DNA from: Mobula birostris
Lineage: Eukaryota
Direction: 5' to 3'
Assembly: GCF_030028105.1 (NCBI RefSeq)
Contig: NC_092390.1
Coordinates: forward strand, 9,610,001 to 9,674,000
Length of the DNA stretch: 64,000 nt
Part shown: positions 23,351 through 34,688 of the stretch, in pieces
Layout: each line of letters opens with the position of its first letter
Numbering within the stretch: position 1 is the first letter of the stretch
The notes under the pieces: model-generated
The model's input: only the letters and a program-made list of their open reading frames with translations
Database searches by the model: none
What the model was told of the DNA's origin: nothing
Made by a program: the position numbers and the translations under genes

Positions 23351-23534
23351 CTTTTGATTCTGCTCATGATGGGTGTAGGGGGCTCGAAACAGAGGTAGTA
23401 TCTTCGATGTCTGGCAGCTGCACTCTACCTTGTATGTTGGGCGGGCCTCGCTAGTCCCCGTCCATCTCCTAAATCTCTCACGTCTGCCTCCAAGTGGCAC
23501 ACCCCAGTACACCACGTCAGCTGGCGGGCTCAAA

Positions 23535-26500
23535 GAGTCACTCAAAGAAGTGGGATTAATTTATACTTTTTTTTGTGGGCGGGATTTATCAAACAATAAA
23601 ATCTGATAACTATGAATAGACAATTAAATTTTTAAGTCTTAATGTTAACGGGATAAATGGACCGATAAAAAGGAAAAAGGTCCTGGCATATCTTTAAAAA
23701 ATTATATTGATATTACTTTTCCTCAAGAAACTGATCTTACAGTGACAGAACATAATAAATTAAAGAGACGATGGGTTAGTCAAGTAATAGCATCCTCCTT
23801 TAATCCTATAGCCAGAGGAGTGGCAGTATTGATAGGGAAGAATTTGCCAGTGAAGGTGGGAGTACTATCATCGATCTGGTCAGGAGATTTGTTATGGTCA
23901 TTTGTCAGATATATTCAGAATCCTGGACACTTTTGAATATATATGCTCCCAATTATGAGGATGAGAAATTTATGCAAAATATTTTTTGGAAGTTGTTCAA
24001 GGATATGAAAATGTCTTAATTGGAGAGGATTTCAATTTTTGTCGGGATCCAAGTTTAGATAGATCAGTTAAAAATGTCGTGAAGGTCAGGGCAGCAAAAA
24101 CCACCCTGGCCTTCATGAAGGACTTGAATATAATAGGTGCTTGGAGATGGCAGCATCCAAGGGAAAGAGACTGCTCTTTCTGTTCAAAACAATATGATCC
24201 CTACTCTAGAATTGACTTATTTCTAATATCAGCTAAACTAGAAAGTAGGATAAATCAAACAGAATATGCCGCTAGACTACTATAGAAACATAGAAACATA
24301 GAAAATAGGTGCAGGAGTAGGCCATTCAGCCCTTCGAGCCTGCACCGCCATTCAGTATGATCATGGCTGATCATCCAACTCAGAACCCTTCTCTCCATAC
24401 CCCTGATCCCTTTAGCCACAAGGGCCATATCTAACTCCCTCTTAAATATAGCCAATGAACTGGCCTCAACTGTTTCCTGTGGCAGAGAATTCCATAGATT
24501 CACCACTCTCTGCGTGAAGAAGTTTTTCCTCATCTCGGTCCTATAAGGCTTCCCCTTTATCCTTAAACTGTGACCCCTCATTCTGGACTTCCCCAACATC
24601 GGGAACAATTTTCCTGCATCTAGCCTGTCCAATCCCTTTAGAATTTTATGCGTTTCAATAAGATCCCTCCTCAATCTTCTAAATTCCAGTGAACATAAGC
24701 CTAGTCGATCCAGTCTTTCTTCATATGAAAGTCCTGCCATCCCAGGAATCAAACTGGTGAACCTTCTTTGTATTCCCTCTATGGCAAGAATGTCTTTCCT
24801 CAGATTAGGGGACTAAAACTGCAATACTCCAGGTGTGGTCTCACCAAGGCCTTGTACAACTGCAATAGAACCTCCCTGCTCCTGTACTCGAATCCTCTTG
24901 CTATGAATGCCAGCATACCATTCCCCTTTTTCACCGCCTGCTGTACCTGCATGCCCACTTTCAATGACTGGTGTATAATGACACCCACGTCTTGTTGCAC
25001 CTCCCCTTTTCCTAATCGGCCACCATTCAGATAATGATCTGTTTTCCTGTTCTTGCCACCAAAGTGGATAACCTCACATTTATCCACATTAAATTGCATC
25101 TGCCACAAATTTGCCCACTCACCTAACCTATCCAAGTCACCCTGCATCCTCTTAGCATCCTCCTCACAGGTAACACTGCCGCCCAGCTTCGTGTCATCCG
25201 CAAACTTGGAGATGCTGTATTTAATTCCCTGGTCTAAATCATTAATATATATCGTAAACAACTGGGGTCCCAGCACTGAGCCTTGCGGTACCCCACTAGT
25301 CACTGCCTGCCATTCTGAAAAGGTCCCGTTTATTCCCACTCTTTGCTTCCTGTCTGCCAACCAATTCTCTATCCACATCAAAACCATACCCCAAATACTG
25401 TGTGCTTTAAGTTTGCACACTAATCTCCTGTGTGGGACCTTGTCAAAAGCCTGTTGAAAATCCAAATATACCACATCCACTGGGTTCTCCCCTATCCACT
25501 CTACTGGTTACATCCTCAAAAAATTCTATAAGATTTGTCAGACATGATTCGGACCATTCACCTATAATTTTATCAGTTGAAATGCCTGATAAACAAAAAA
25601 CTTCTATAGGTGGCATTTTAATCCTTTGCTGTTGAAAAGACCAGAGTTTTGCAGTTTTATTAGCGCTCAAATAGAATTGTTCTGTGAGACGAACTCACCC
25701 TCTACTGCCAATAATTTTTTATTGTGGGACACATTAAAAACATTAAAAGCATACTTAAGAGGACAGATAATTGGATACGTTAAGGGTATAAAAAATAAAT
25801 ATGTAATAGAATTAAATAAATTGGAAAAAGAAATAACACAATTAGAAAACAATTGTCAGAATTTAACAACAGAGGAAAATTATAAAAAATTAATAAATAA
25901 AAAATTAGAGTATAACACAAAACAAACCTATAGAATAGAAAAAAATGATACTAAAATCAAAACAACAATATTATGAATTAGGAGAGAGAACCCATAAAGT
26001 ACTATCTTGGCAACTGAGGATGGAAGAAACCTCCGGAACAATAAATGCGATTGAAACAGGGGAAGGTAGATTTCATATAAGCCAAGAGAAATAAATGATA
26101 CTTTTAAGCAGTTCTATTCGGAACTATATAAATCAGAATCAGTGGGTGACTCACTGAAAATTGATGATTTCTTGTCTAATTTACAACTTCCCAAATTGAG
26201 TCAACAAGATCAGGAAGAGTAGGTCACATCTATGTTTGGATAGTGTTACCACTCTTATCAAATCTAGATACAGAATGATACACTTTAATTTTTTACATCA
26301 GTTCTATCTCACACCTGAAAAAATACATAAAAATAAAGCAGAAATTTCTGACAAGTGTTTCAGGTGTGGCATAGATGTTGGTACCTTTCTGCATTCCACC
26401 TGGCTATGCACGAAATGAAGATCTTTTTGGATAGATCTGGAGGAGGTACTGGAAAAGATTCTGGGAATGGATTTCCCTCTAGACCCAGAATTGTTTCTTC

Positions 26501-27085
26501 TGGGGAACTTAGCAGTTTTGAAAGTTAAACTCCCCAGGAATAAATCCAAATTTATTAAAGCTGCGTTGTCAGTTGCCAGGAAATGTATAGTGGTAACATG
26601 GAAATCCGATTCCCTTGTACATAATTGATCGTTGGAATAAAGAAATGCAAAGTTGTATACCCCTTGAGAAGATTACTTATACCCTTAGGAATGGACACAC
26701 TATGTTCATTGAGATTTGGCTACCATATTTGGATTACTTAAATGCCCAGATTGTTTAATTTATTTATTTTAATTTTAAAAAAATAATATATCCCTTATTA
26801 TAAGCTAGTTTCTGTAATTTGTATTTTAAACTGACTCTGACAGCTGGATGCCTACTCTTTCTCTCTTTTTTTTCTCTTTCCTTTTTTCTTCTCTCTTTTC
26901 TTTCCTCTGTATTTTATGTTTTTTTTTCTCTCTCCTTATTTCTAAACGCGGGGAGATGGTGTTGGGATAGGTGTTCTTTTTTTTCTCGCGGACTTATTAA
27001 TGTATTTGAAATAATTTTTTTCAATATGTATTAATTGAGTCCTTATATTTCTTCTTTAAAAATAAAATAAAATATTAAAAAAAGA
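23535..27085 (+). mobile_element. Degenerate L1-clade LINE ORF2 (endonuclease and C-terminus; RT deleted near 26220) with A-rich tail
   Basis: LSLNVNGINGPIKRKKV, NIYAPN, GEDFN, YSRIDLFLIS, SDHSP, LWDTLK.AYLRG, CFRC....GTFLHSTWLC; AATAAA followed by an A run. Confidence 0.85.
24282..25549 (-). mobile_element. 5'-truncated CR1 LINE nested in L1
   Basis: DVVYLDFQQAFDKVPH, SGVPQGSVLGP, SKFADDTKL; tagaaaca tail repeats. Confidence 0.92.
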
Positions 27086-27474
27086 AGCAGGGGTATCCTG
27101 TGCATTTGCGCATTTCGTCATATTTCTGTGTTACCGGCTCTCCATAGTTGTCAGTCTTTCATTGTTTTTGTCTGTCTGTCCCATTGCTCCTTTGCCCTGG
27201 ACTGGACAAGCCGGATACAGGACTATGAAAGATTGGGACTTTGCAATGTTCGAGTACAGTCCCAGAGTCCTGATGCCTGGATGAAAAGAGCAGCAAGTTT
27301 GTAAGTGACAATACCCATGGATTTAGTGAGTTTTATCAGGTGGATGAGTAGAAAAAAATTTCTTCTCAGTCTCTTGGCTCCCTCTGCTGACAGGGTCACA
27401 GAATAGCAGAGCCAATGGTTAAACAGGAACTAAACTTTTTTTTCTCTTTCTTTCTTCTTCTTTTATTTATCATT

Positions 27475-27660
27475 TGTCCCTGTCCTGGGAGTGTGTGACG
27501 GGACAGTGTAGAGGGAGCTTCACTCTGTATCTAACCAGTGCTGTCCCTGCCATGGAAGTGTGTGACGGGACAGTGTAGAGGGAGCTTCACTCTGTATCTA
27601 ACCCGTGCTGTCCCTGTCCTGGGAGTGTGTGATGGGAAAGTGTAGAGGGAGCTCCACTCC
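27475..27660 (+). repeat. 67-bp minisatellite, about 2.7 units
   Basis: gtgtgtga(c/t)ggga recurs at 27491, 27558 and 27625. Confidence 0.9.
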
Positions 27661-30318
27661 AACTCTGGTGAGCTGTGTCAGCCCATGCCCCAGAAAGAGT
27701 GATGGTCTTATACTCAGCTAATTGCAGGACAATCTACAAAGACCAATTAATCTCCTCAGCGGTATGTCTTGTGACTGTGGGAGGAAACCAGAGCACTCGG
27801 AGGAAATAGACGCAGTTGATGGAGAAAATGTAAAAATTCCTTAGAAACTCCCGTCCTCCCACCTTCTTACTCTGACTTCTCTTCTTCATTTCAAGTCCCG
27901 ATGAGGCGTCTCAGCCCAAATCATTTACTCTTTTCCATAGATGCTGCCTGGCCTGCTGAGTTCCTCCAGCATTTTGTATGTGTTGCTTTTGATTTCCAGC
28001 ATCTGCAGATTTTCTCTTCTTTGTGAAACTCCTTACAGACTTGGCTGGATATGACTCCAGATCACCTGAACTGTAATAGCGCCACGGTAACCACTGTGCT
28101 ACCATGGTCTCTTTGGAGGGCTATGGTGCAGCTGTGGGTCAATGGCACAGTAGAGTAACAGTTCAGCATGGACTAGATGGGCCAAAGGACCCATCTCATT
28201 GCTGTAATGCTCTATGTCTATAACATATCTCAGGAACCAGCCTCCTCTCTATGGAGTCTGATAATACTTGCCACTGCCTCTGTAAACAGCCGGCATAATC
28301 AAAGACCCCCTTCCTCAACTTCTTCCACTCTTCTCTCCTCTCCCATCAGGCAGAGAATACAAAAGCCAGAAAGCAGATCCCCCCAGGCTCATAGACAGCT
28401 TCCATCCCACTGTCATTGTAGTCTTGAATGGACCTTTTGTGAGATAAGATCGATTCTTGACTTCGTCATCTCCCTGATTATGTTTGTGCATGTTATCATT
28501 TACCTTCAATGCAATTCCTCCGTAGCTTTTACACTGCACTTAGCACTGTTATTGCTCAATGGACTGTGTAATGATCTGACCTGAATGAACAGTAAGCAAA
28601 AGATGCTTTTCACTTTATCTTGGTACATGTGACAATAATACACCAATATCATTTGGGAAAGGAATTATCGACTTTTTGAGTATGAACCTTGTGCGGGACA
28701 TCGACAATCCCTCTCCTCCCACAGATGTTGTTCGACCCACTGACTTCCTCAGGAACATTGCTTGTTCCTGCAGATTCCAGTGTTTGTAGACTGTTGTGCC
28801 TTCACTTGATCCCCCGGCGACTGGAGTTCTACGACCACTATTCGGACAGACCATAGGACTCTCATGAACCCTGCGTGCCTGTGCAGTGAGCCGTAAAGCT
28901 TTGGGCTCTGAGGTTTCTAGAACGCCAGTATTTGTTAATTGTTGTCGTACTAGAGTCGCTAAGCCCATGCGCTTTCTGTATAATCTCATCACGGTTATTT
29001 TGACTGTCACGGGGTTTCCTCATCCTGGACTAGTTAAAGCGGACTCCTGATCAGCCCTTATTGTGGCTGTAATTGAGCATTTAGAATGTTAACAAGGACA
29101 AACAATCCCCTGGGAAGCATCAGACAAGTTACGTTATATTATCTAATTTGAGTGAGAATGGGAAGGAAGTTACTTAACCATGTATGGGGAAAAAAGGAAA
29201 ACTTCCTAAGGAATGGAAAGAAGGAAGTATAGTTCCAAGACATAAACCAGGCAAAAATCCTAAAGAGCAATAGCGTTAACCTCACATTCATGTAAAATCA
29301 TGGTAAAATGTTTAATAAGATATTGACAAATTACATCGAAACAAGATGCGGTATTTTTAAGTATCAAAGGAAGAGGACCCATCACCCGATATTATATCTA
29401 GAGCATGAGGTGAGGAGAGCACAACTCAACAGAGAAAGCACAGGAGCAGTCTTGTCTGATGTGGAAAAAGAATGTGATATGATATGGAAGGAAGGTTTGA
29501 CCATCAAATTATATACATTAGGAATTAGAGGTCGAATGCCAAATTGGATAAAAGATATTTAAATTGGTAGATCTAGCATGGTGCCAGAAGGGAAATCTGT
29601 GTCATGTAAACAAATTGTGGAAAATTGAACCCCTCTGGAAATTTATTATTTCGAAATAATAAACATATTTTACACTCACTTCGCCCAGTGGCTTAATACA
29701 GGGGGTGAGAACCCCCTGCCCAGCCAAACTTAACAAATCTCGTTTGGCTGGATGCTGCACGATGTGTCCCCTGTTACAAATCAGTACCCGGAAATAACAA
29801 ACAGTACACAATATGTGATTAAATGATTAAGCTTTATAACTCTTACTTTGACTATATGGTTAGTAGAGAAACAAATATCAAAGAAAAAGGGCCCAAATCA
29901 TAAGATTTAATAATAAACAGTCTGTGCACAAAGTTGGAGCTCACTGAATAGTCCTTCTTCCACCATCGGTGTCTTCCGAGTGTCGCTGACCTTCGGACCC
30001 CCGCTCTGAGTCCACCCCGTCCGGCGGTCTACCAAATCTCTCCATTCATGTCTTCTCTCTTCATCTCTCTCTCTCCCTCTGGCAAAAGCCCGCAAAATCA
30101 ACTGCTTCCAGAATCACAAGACAGGGCAACAAAATCCTGATTGGCTAACATGCATCCACAATCCTGTTATCTCCAGCCATAACCCAAACATTGCTGCTAC
30201 AGAGAAACCGTTACGTCAGCAGCGAACGTTACAGAGAAGCCATTACATTAGCCTTGGCAGTCAATCATTACAAAGAAGCCATTACACATATATTTTCTAA
30301 CATCGTATTATCGGAGTA

Positions 30319-30440
30319 TTAAGTATTTTTAGGTTTTATAATTACTCATGTTAATTATAACAATGTATTCCCAATAACTTTGTACTACTATTATGTTATG
30401 TTTATATTTTATGAAACTAATAAAATGATTGAAAAAGAAA
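30319..30440 (+). mobile_element. Short L1-type 3' tail insertion (unit 2 only)
   Basis: A-rich end; ~14-bp TSD gta(t/g)tatcggagta; absent in units 1 and 3. Confidence 0.65.
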
Positions 30441-30949
30441 GTAGTATCGGAGTAGCATTTCCTGTGGATGATGGATCGATATGAGAGAATCATCCAACTA
30501 AACAGCTTTTAGATCCATGCTAAAGAAAGGAAATCTGAAGTTCTTGCACGGACTATTGAAGGAAAAGCAGAAAGGAAATTAATTAGCAACAAGACAACAA
30601 GTGTGACAGTGCCTCTTCCTGGGCTACCTCCATTGCTGCGTGAAGCACCAGAGGTGGATCGTAAATTATTCAAAAGGAGGCAGAAAAATAGATAAGTGAT
30701 TTTTCAAGATATAGTTGCAACATGTGTAAATAATAATCATTATGGATACTTACAAATGTACACAGTTGCTACAACAATTGCTAACGGTAGATGAGGGGTT
30801 TCCTGTTCGGTGAGACTTGAGGAACGGCCCGCCAGTGGCGGCTACAACCCAGTCTCGACAAGAGGACGTGAACAAAGAGTTAAGGCTTGAAGTGGGTGTG
30901 AGTCTCTGAGGCGAGAGCTGGGGAGAGACTGGTTGCTGTAATAACCCAG

Positions 30950-31885
30950 TTATCCAGTGGCACCTTCTGCATTGTCAGCTTGGGAGTTTGCTTCCCAGAT
31001 CTTCCACAATCTCACCAAACACCGAACAAATACTTCCCTTGTTAAGGGGTCGGACCTGCTGATATTTGGTGGTATGATCTCACAGTAAGTCAGGGGAGGG
31101 ACTCCAGGGGGTACCGGGAATCCCGGGCATCCTTCGGGCAGGTGGAAAGCGATGCCGACGTGATCCCACAGTCGGGAAATCGGGTAGTAGGAAGTGGCTG
31201 AACCAATTGTCTTACCAGTCGAATCGGGTCTCCACGTCCAGCCCTGGTCTGATTTCGAAATGACCGCCTCGGGATCACTGGGTATGGCGGGGAAGTCAGT
31301 GGACAGGGAGGTTCCCGGACAGGAGACCACCACAGCATGCATCACCTCTTGCTTGTATTTGAACGTACCCAACACCCGCACCTCGGGCGGCTGCCCAGCG
31401 CACACGGATCTCTGGTACATGTCCATCAGACTCGAAATATCGTAGGTGAATTTGAAATTGCCATATCGGGATCCACGCTGGAAAGCGGGAGAGCTGAAAC
31501 AATGGCGCAATATGTCCGTGTTTTGAGCTTTGCGATCGATGATCTCTCGGTACTTGTTTCGCTCTCTCTCTATCTCAGGCTGGTCTATTTCAAAACTCCA
31601 CCAGGAGAAACGTTCTACCACATTCTCTCCAATCTTCTTCCACTTTTGGCTGGTGAATCTCCTGCTGGAGAAGATTTCTATGGCAGCGCCGAAGGTGGTG
31701 ACATGGGAGAGCTGTGTGGGCTGGAAGGTAGGTCGGTCTGTCTCATCGATGTCCAGTAAGGTGTAGTCAGGTGTTGCTTGGTAATTTGTATCCCAATTCT
31801 CGTAGCGCAGATGAACTCTGGGGTAAAATGATTCCCCTCCAACCTTGGCTGATCCAGTCGTATGCCATTCACTTTGGTTAAACAT
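30950..31885 (-). CDS. Uncharacterized ~300-aa protein, copy B (311 aa)
   Basis: Intact paralog of 4758-5651 with a divergent loop KTIGSATSYYPISRL and a divergent C-terminal helix. Confidence 0.8.
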   Translation of the reverse strand: MFNQSEWHTTGSAKVGGESFYPRVHLRYENWDTNYQATPDYTLLDIDETDRPTFQPTQLSHVTTFGAAIEIFSSRRFTSQKWKKIGENVVERFSWWSFEIDQPEIERERNKYREIIDRKAQNTDILRHCFSSPAFQRGSRYGNFKFTYDISSLMDMYQRSVCAGQPPEVRVLGTFKYKQEVMHAVVVSCPGTSLSTDFPAIPSDPEAVISKSDQGWTWRPDSTGKTIGSATSYYPISRLWDHVGIAFHLPEGCPGFPVPPGVPPLTYCEIIPPNISRSDPLTREVFVRCLVRLWKIWEANSQADNAEGATG

Positions 31886-31936
31886 GGTTCTGTTTGCCCA
31901 CTTGCCGTGTGGTACGACGCTGCTGAGAGAGACTTC

Positions 31937-32013
31937 TATATACTCGTGGGTGTTCCTCTGGAACTAGACAGGCAGACGCGGAAGAGCGGGACTGAAGGAA
32001 ATGAAACAGAAAA
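31937..32013 (-). promoter_or_regulatory. Candidate proximal promoter of copy B
   Basis: TATATA at 31937-31942; GGAAATGAAACAGAAAA at 31997-32013. Confidence 0.45.
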
Positions 32014-32030
32014 TATTTTGGACATCACAT

Positions 32031-34688
32031 TGTGGTGATATGACGTGTTAGAACGTGATTGGAAAGAGTTCTGATCATGCGCAGAAATGATACCATGATC
32101 TAGAACATGGCTTTTAGTTGTTGCTGTCAATCAAAGTTCTAATTCTTCCAGAATAATTTAATAGTAACCCACGGTACGTATAAATATAAAGAACACACCA
32201 TGGTGTCAGAAATCGGTCTGAAAGAATAATACGGGAGAGTCAAGATAATCAAAGAAAAAAGAGTTCGAACTGTTTCGGTGTTCGCTAACAGTTTTACAAA
32301 TAGAAGGTTTGCAACCCCCACCAACACTTCAGCTGACTGGGAACGTAGCTGAGAACTGAAGAAAATTCAAGCAATGTTTTGAAATATATTTATCGGCGAT
32401 CAAAGCTGATGGAAAACTGGGAAAAAACTAAAGCTGCGCTTCTACTCATGTAATAGGTGATGACGCAATTGAGGTATGAAGAAGAAGAAGAAGAAGAAAG
32501 CCCTTAACTCCGAGTGGAGTCATCGGGATGCTGTCATGACGGTGTTTTTTTAGCAGGCTTTGTTATTTTTACGAGGCCGAGATGCTAGCTCGACCCTCAA
32601 CCAAGCACGGATGGAAAACGTGCAAGGGAGCTGGCTGGATTCGAACTCGGGAGCCTTCGCTCCGAAGTCTGGCACTGATGCCACTACGCCATGAGCCAGC
32701 TAATTGAGGTATATAATCATTTTATTTTTGAGAAGGAAGATAATTTGAAGTTGGAATCGATAATGAACAAAATTGAAGCATTTTGTATACCGAAGCTTAA
32801 TGTGACGTACGAAAGGCATAAATTTTTCACATGTGCACAGAGAACTGCTGGATCAATATGTTACGGAGTTGAAACACTGAAGTAAGACTTGCGAGTTTGG
32901 AGAACTGACAGATTCTCTCATTAAAGACAGAATTGTTTGTGGCATTCGGGATAATGGTCTGAGAGAAAGACTGTAAAGAGAACAAGACTTAGATTTGGAA
33001 GAAGCTGCGATGCGCTGCAAAGCTTCGGAAACCGTGACATCACAGTCTAGGGAGCTCTTCACTGAAAGCTTCAATATAGACGCTGTAAAAAAGCGTGAAC
33101 ATATTAGAAGAAGTAATAAAATGACAATGAAACTGACAGAGCAAGACATCATCTGAGATAAATAAGCTATGTGATCGCTGTGGACGGCAGCATCGGCCAA
33201 AACAGTATCCAGCGTATGGGAAAATGTGCTATGACTGCGGTAAGAGTAACCATTTTTCACGCTGTTGCAGAAGTAGGAGGAAAATGAAACAAGTAAATGC
33301 AGTGCTTGAAAATGAACTTAAGGAGTTTTATATAGATGTGCTTTGTGAAGACAAACAAAATAAGAATGAGTGGACTATTCAATTGCAAGTGAACCAAAAC
33401 AATATTCTGTTTAAACTTGATACTGGAGCACAAGTAAACGTTCAGCAGAATCTGAGTTTGATGCATTAAAGCCAAGACTAAAGTTACATACGACAAATAT
33501 AAAAGTGACAGGGTATTCAGGTGCAGACATTCCAGTTAAAGGAAAATGTGTGGCTAAAATATATCACAAAAATATGGTCCACACACCTTCATTTGTGGAG
33601 GTGCCAAAGAACGTACAGTCAATACTGGGATTATCTGCCTGTGAGAGACTGAATTTGGTGAAAAGAGATTAGTCCTGGATAGTGACACAGAGTCAGAATA
33701 TAGTGACTTGATGAAAGAGTATGAAGACTTGTTCAAAGGGCCTGGTTGTCTTCCAGGAGACCACACGGTTAAAATTGACAACACAGTGCAACCCATAGTA
33801 TATCTATAAAGAAAAGTGCCTTTTGCATTACGTCATCAACTGAAAACAGAGCTGAAGTGACAGACTGTTGCATTACCGTCAGCAGAAGGTGATGTAACTC
33901 GACTACTGGTCCAGCTCATGGAGGCAAATGCTGACATGGAGAATATAAAATCAGTAGCTGCAGTGCCTCAGACGACCAAACAGGAGGCAACTGATGATGT
34001 GAAAAAACAATGGCAGGAGGAGGTTGCTTCAATGCAAGCAATAATGAAAGAGACACTGAGAATATGAGATTCAGTTTTGTCGCCATCTAGAGCAAGACCA
34101 TTCACAGTGGGCACAGTATAAGGAAGCAGTGGAACGTGAATTGACTGATCTAAGGAGACATTTGTCTTAAGGACAAGGAGACAAAATGAACACATGGACA
34201 CAGACAGCTAAAATACTTGAAGAAATAGAACCCAGATCATACATGGTCCAAACAGAAGAAGGTGCAGTGTTAAGCAGAAATTGCAAAGACCTTAAGAAAG
34301 AGCCAACTTCAGAGTTTCAGTTAACTGATGCAGACCAGACAAAACATGGAAATAACAATTAAATACAACAACTGTGTGAATCACTCAGAAGTCTCCTCAT
34401 GTTCGTAAACCCCCAGAGAGACTGATAGAGATATGTTAAATTATGCATTTGCTTTGATTAATGTTGCTAATTGTTTTTTCTTTTTAAGGAAAGGAAGATG
34501 TGGTGATATGATGTGTCAGAACGTGATTGGAAAGAGTTCTGAGCATGCGCAGAAATGATAGAATGATCTAGAACATGGCTTGGTAAAAACGTGGTTTTAG
34601 TTATTGCTGTAAATAAAAGTTCTAATTCTTCCAGAATATGTTTCTTTAATAGTAACCCACGGTACGTATAAATATAAAGAACACAACA
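32031..34688 (+). mobile_element. Non-autonomous Gypsy LTR retrotransposon (RT/IN largely deleted)
   Basis: LTRs 32031-32200 and 34499-34688 (TG..CA); PBS TGGTGTCAGAA (tRNA-Leu); PPT aaggaaaggaaga; TSD cacat/cacct; NVTYERHKF, CYDCGKSNHFSRCC, FKLDTGAQVN. Confidence 0.9.
32478..32701 (-). mobile_element. tRNA-derived SINE nested in Gypsy
   Basis: A box TGGCGTAGTGG, B box GAGTTCGAATCC, (TTC)n tail, 11-bp TSD aattgaggtat. Confidence 0.9.

Larger units (their letters stand above)
1385..23530 (+). repeat. Segmental tandem duplication unit 1
   Basis: Colinear blocks shared with units 2 and 3: head, I/Nimb LINE with solo LTR, intact ORF, Rex and Penelope pieces, degenerate paralog. The Gypsy remnant is shared with unit 3 only. 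Confidence 0.9.

Noticed and set aside
27475-27660. CRISPR-like regular repeat
   Set aside because: Eukaryotic context, no unique spacers, no cas genes; a simple tandem repeat.
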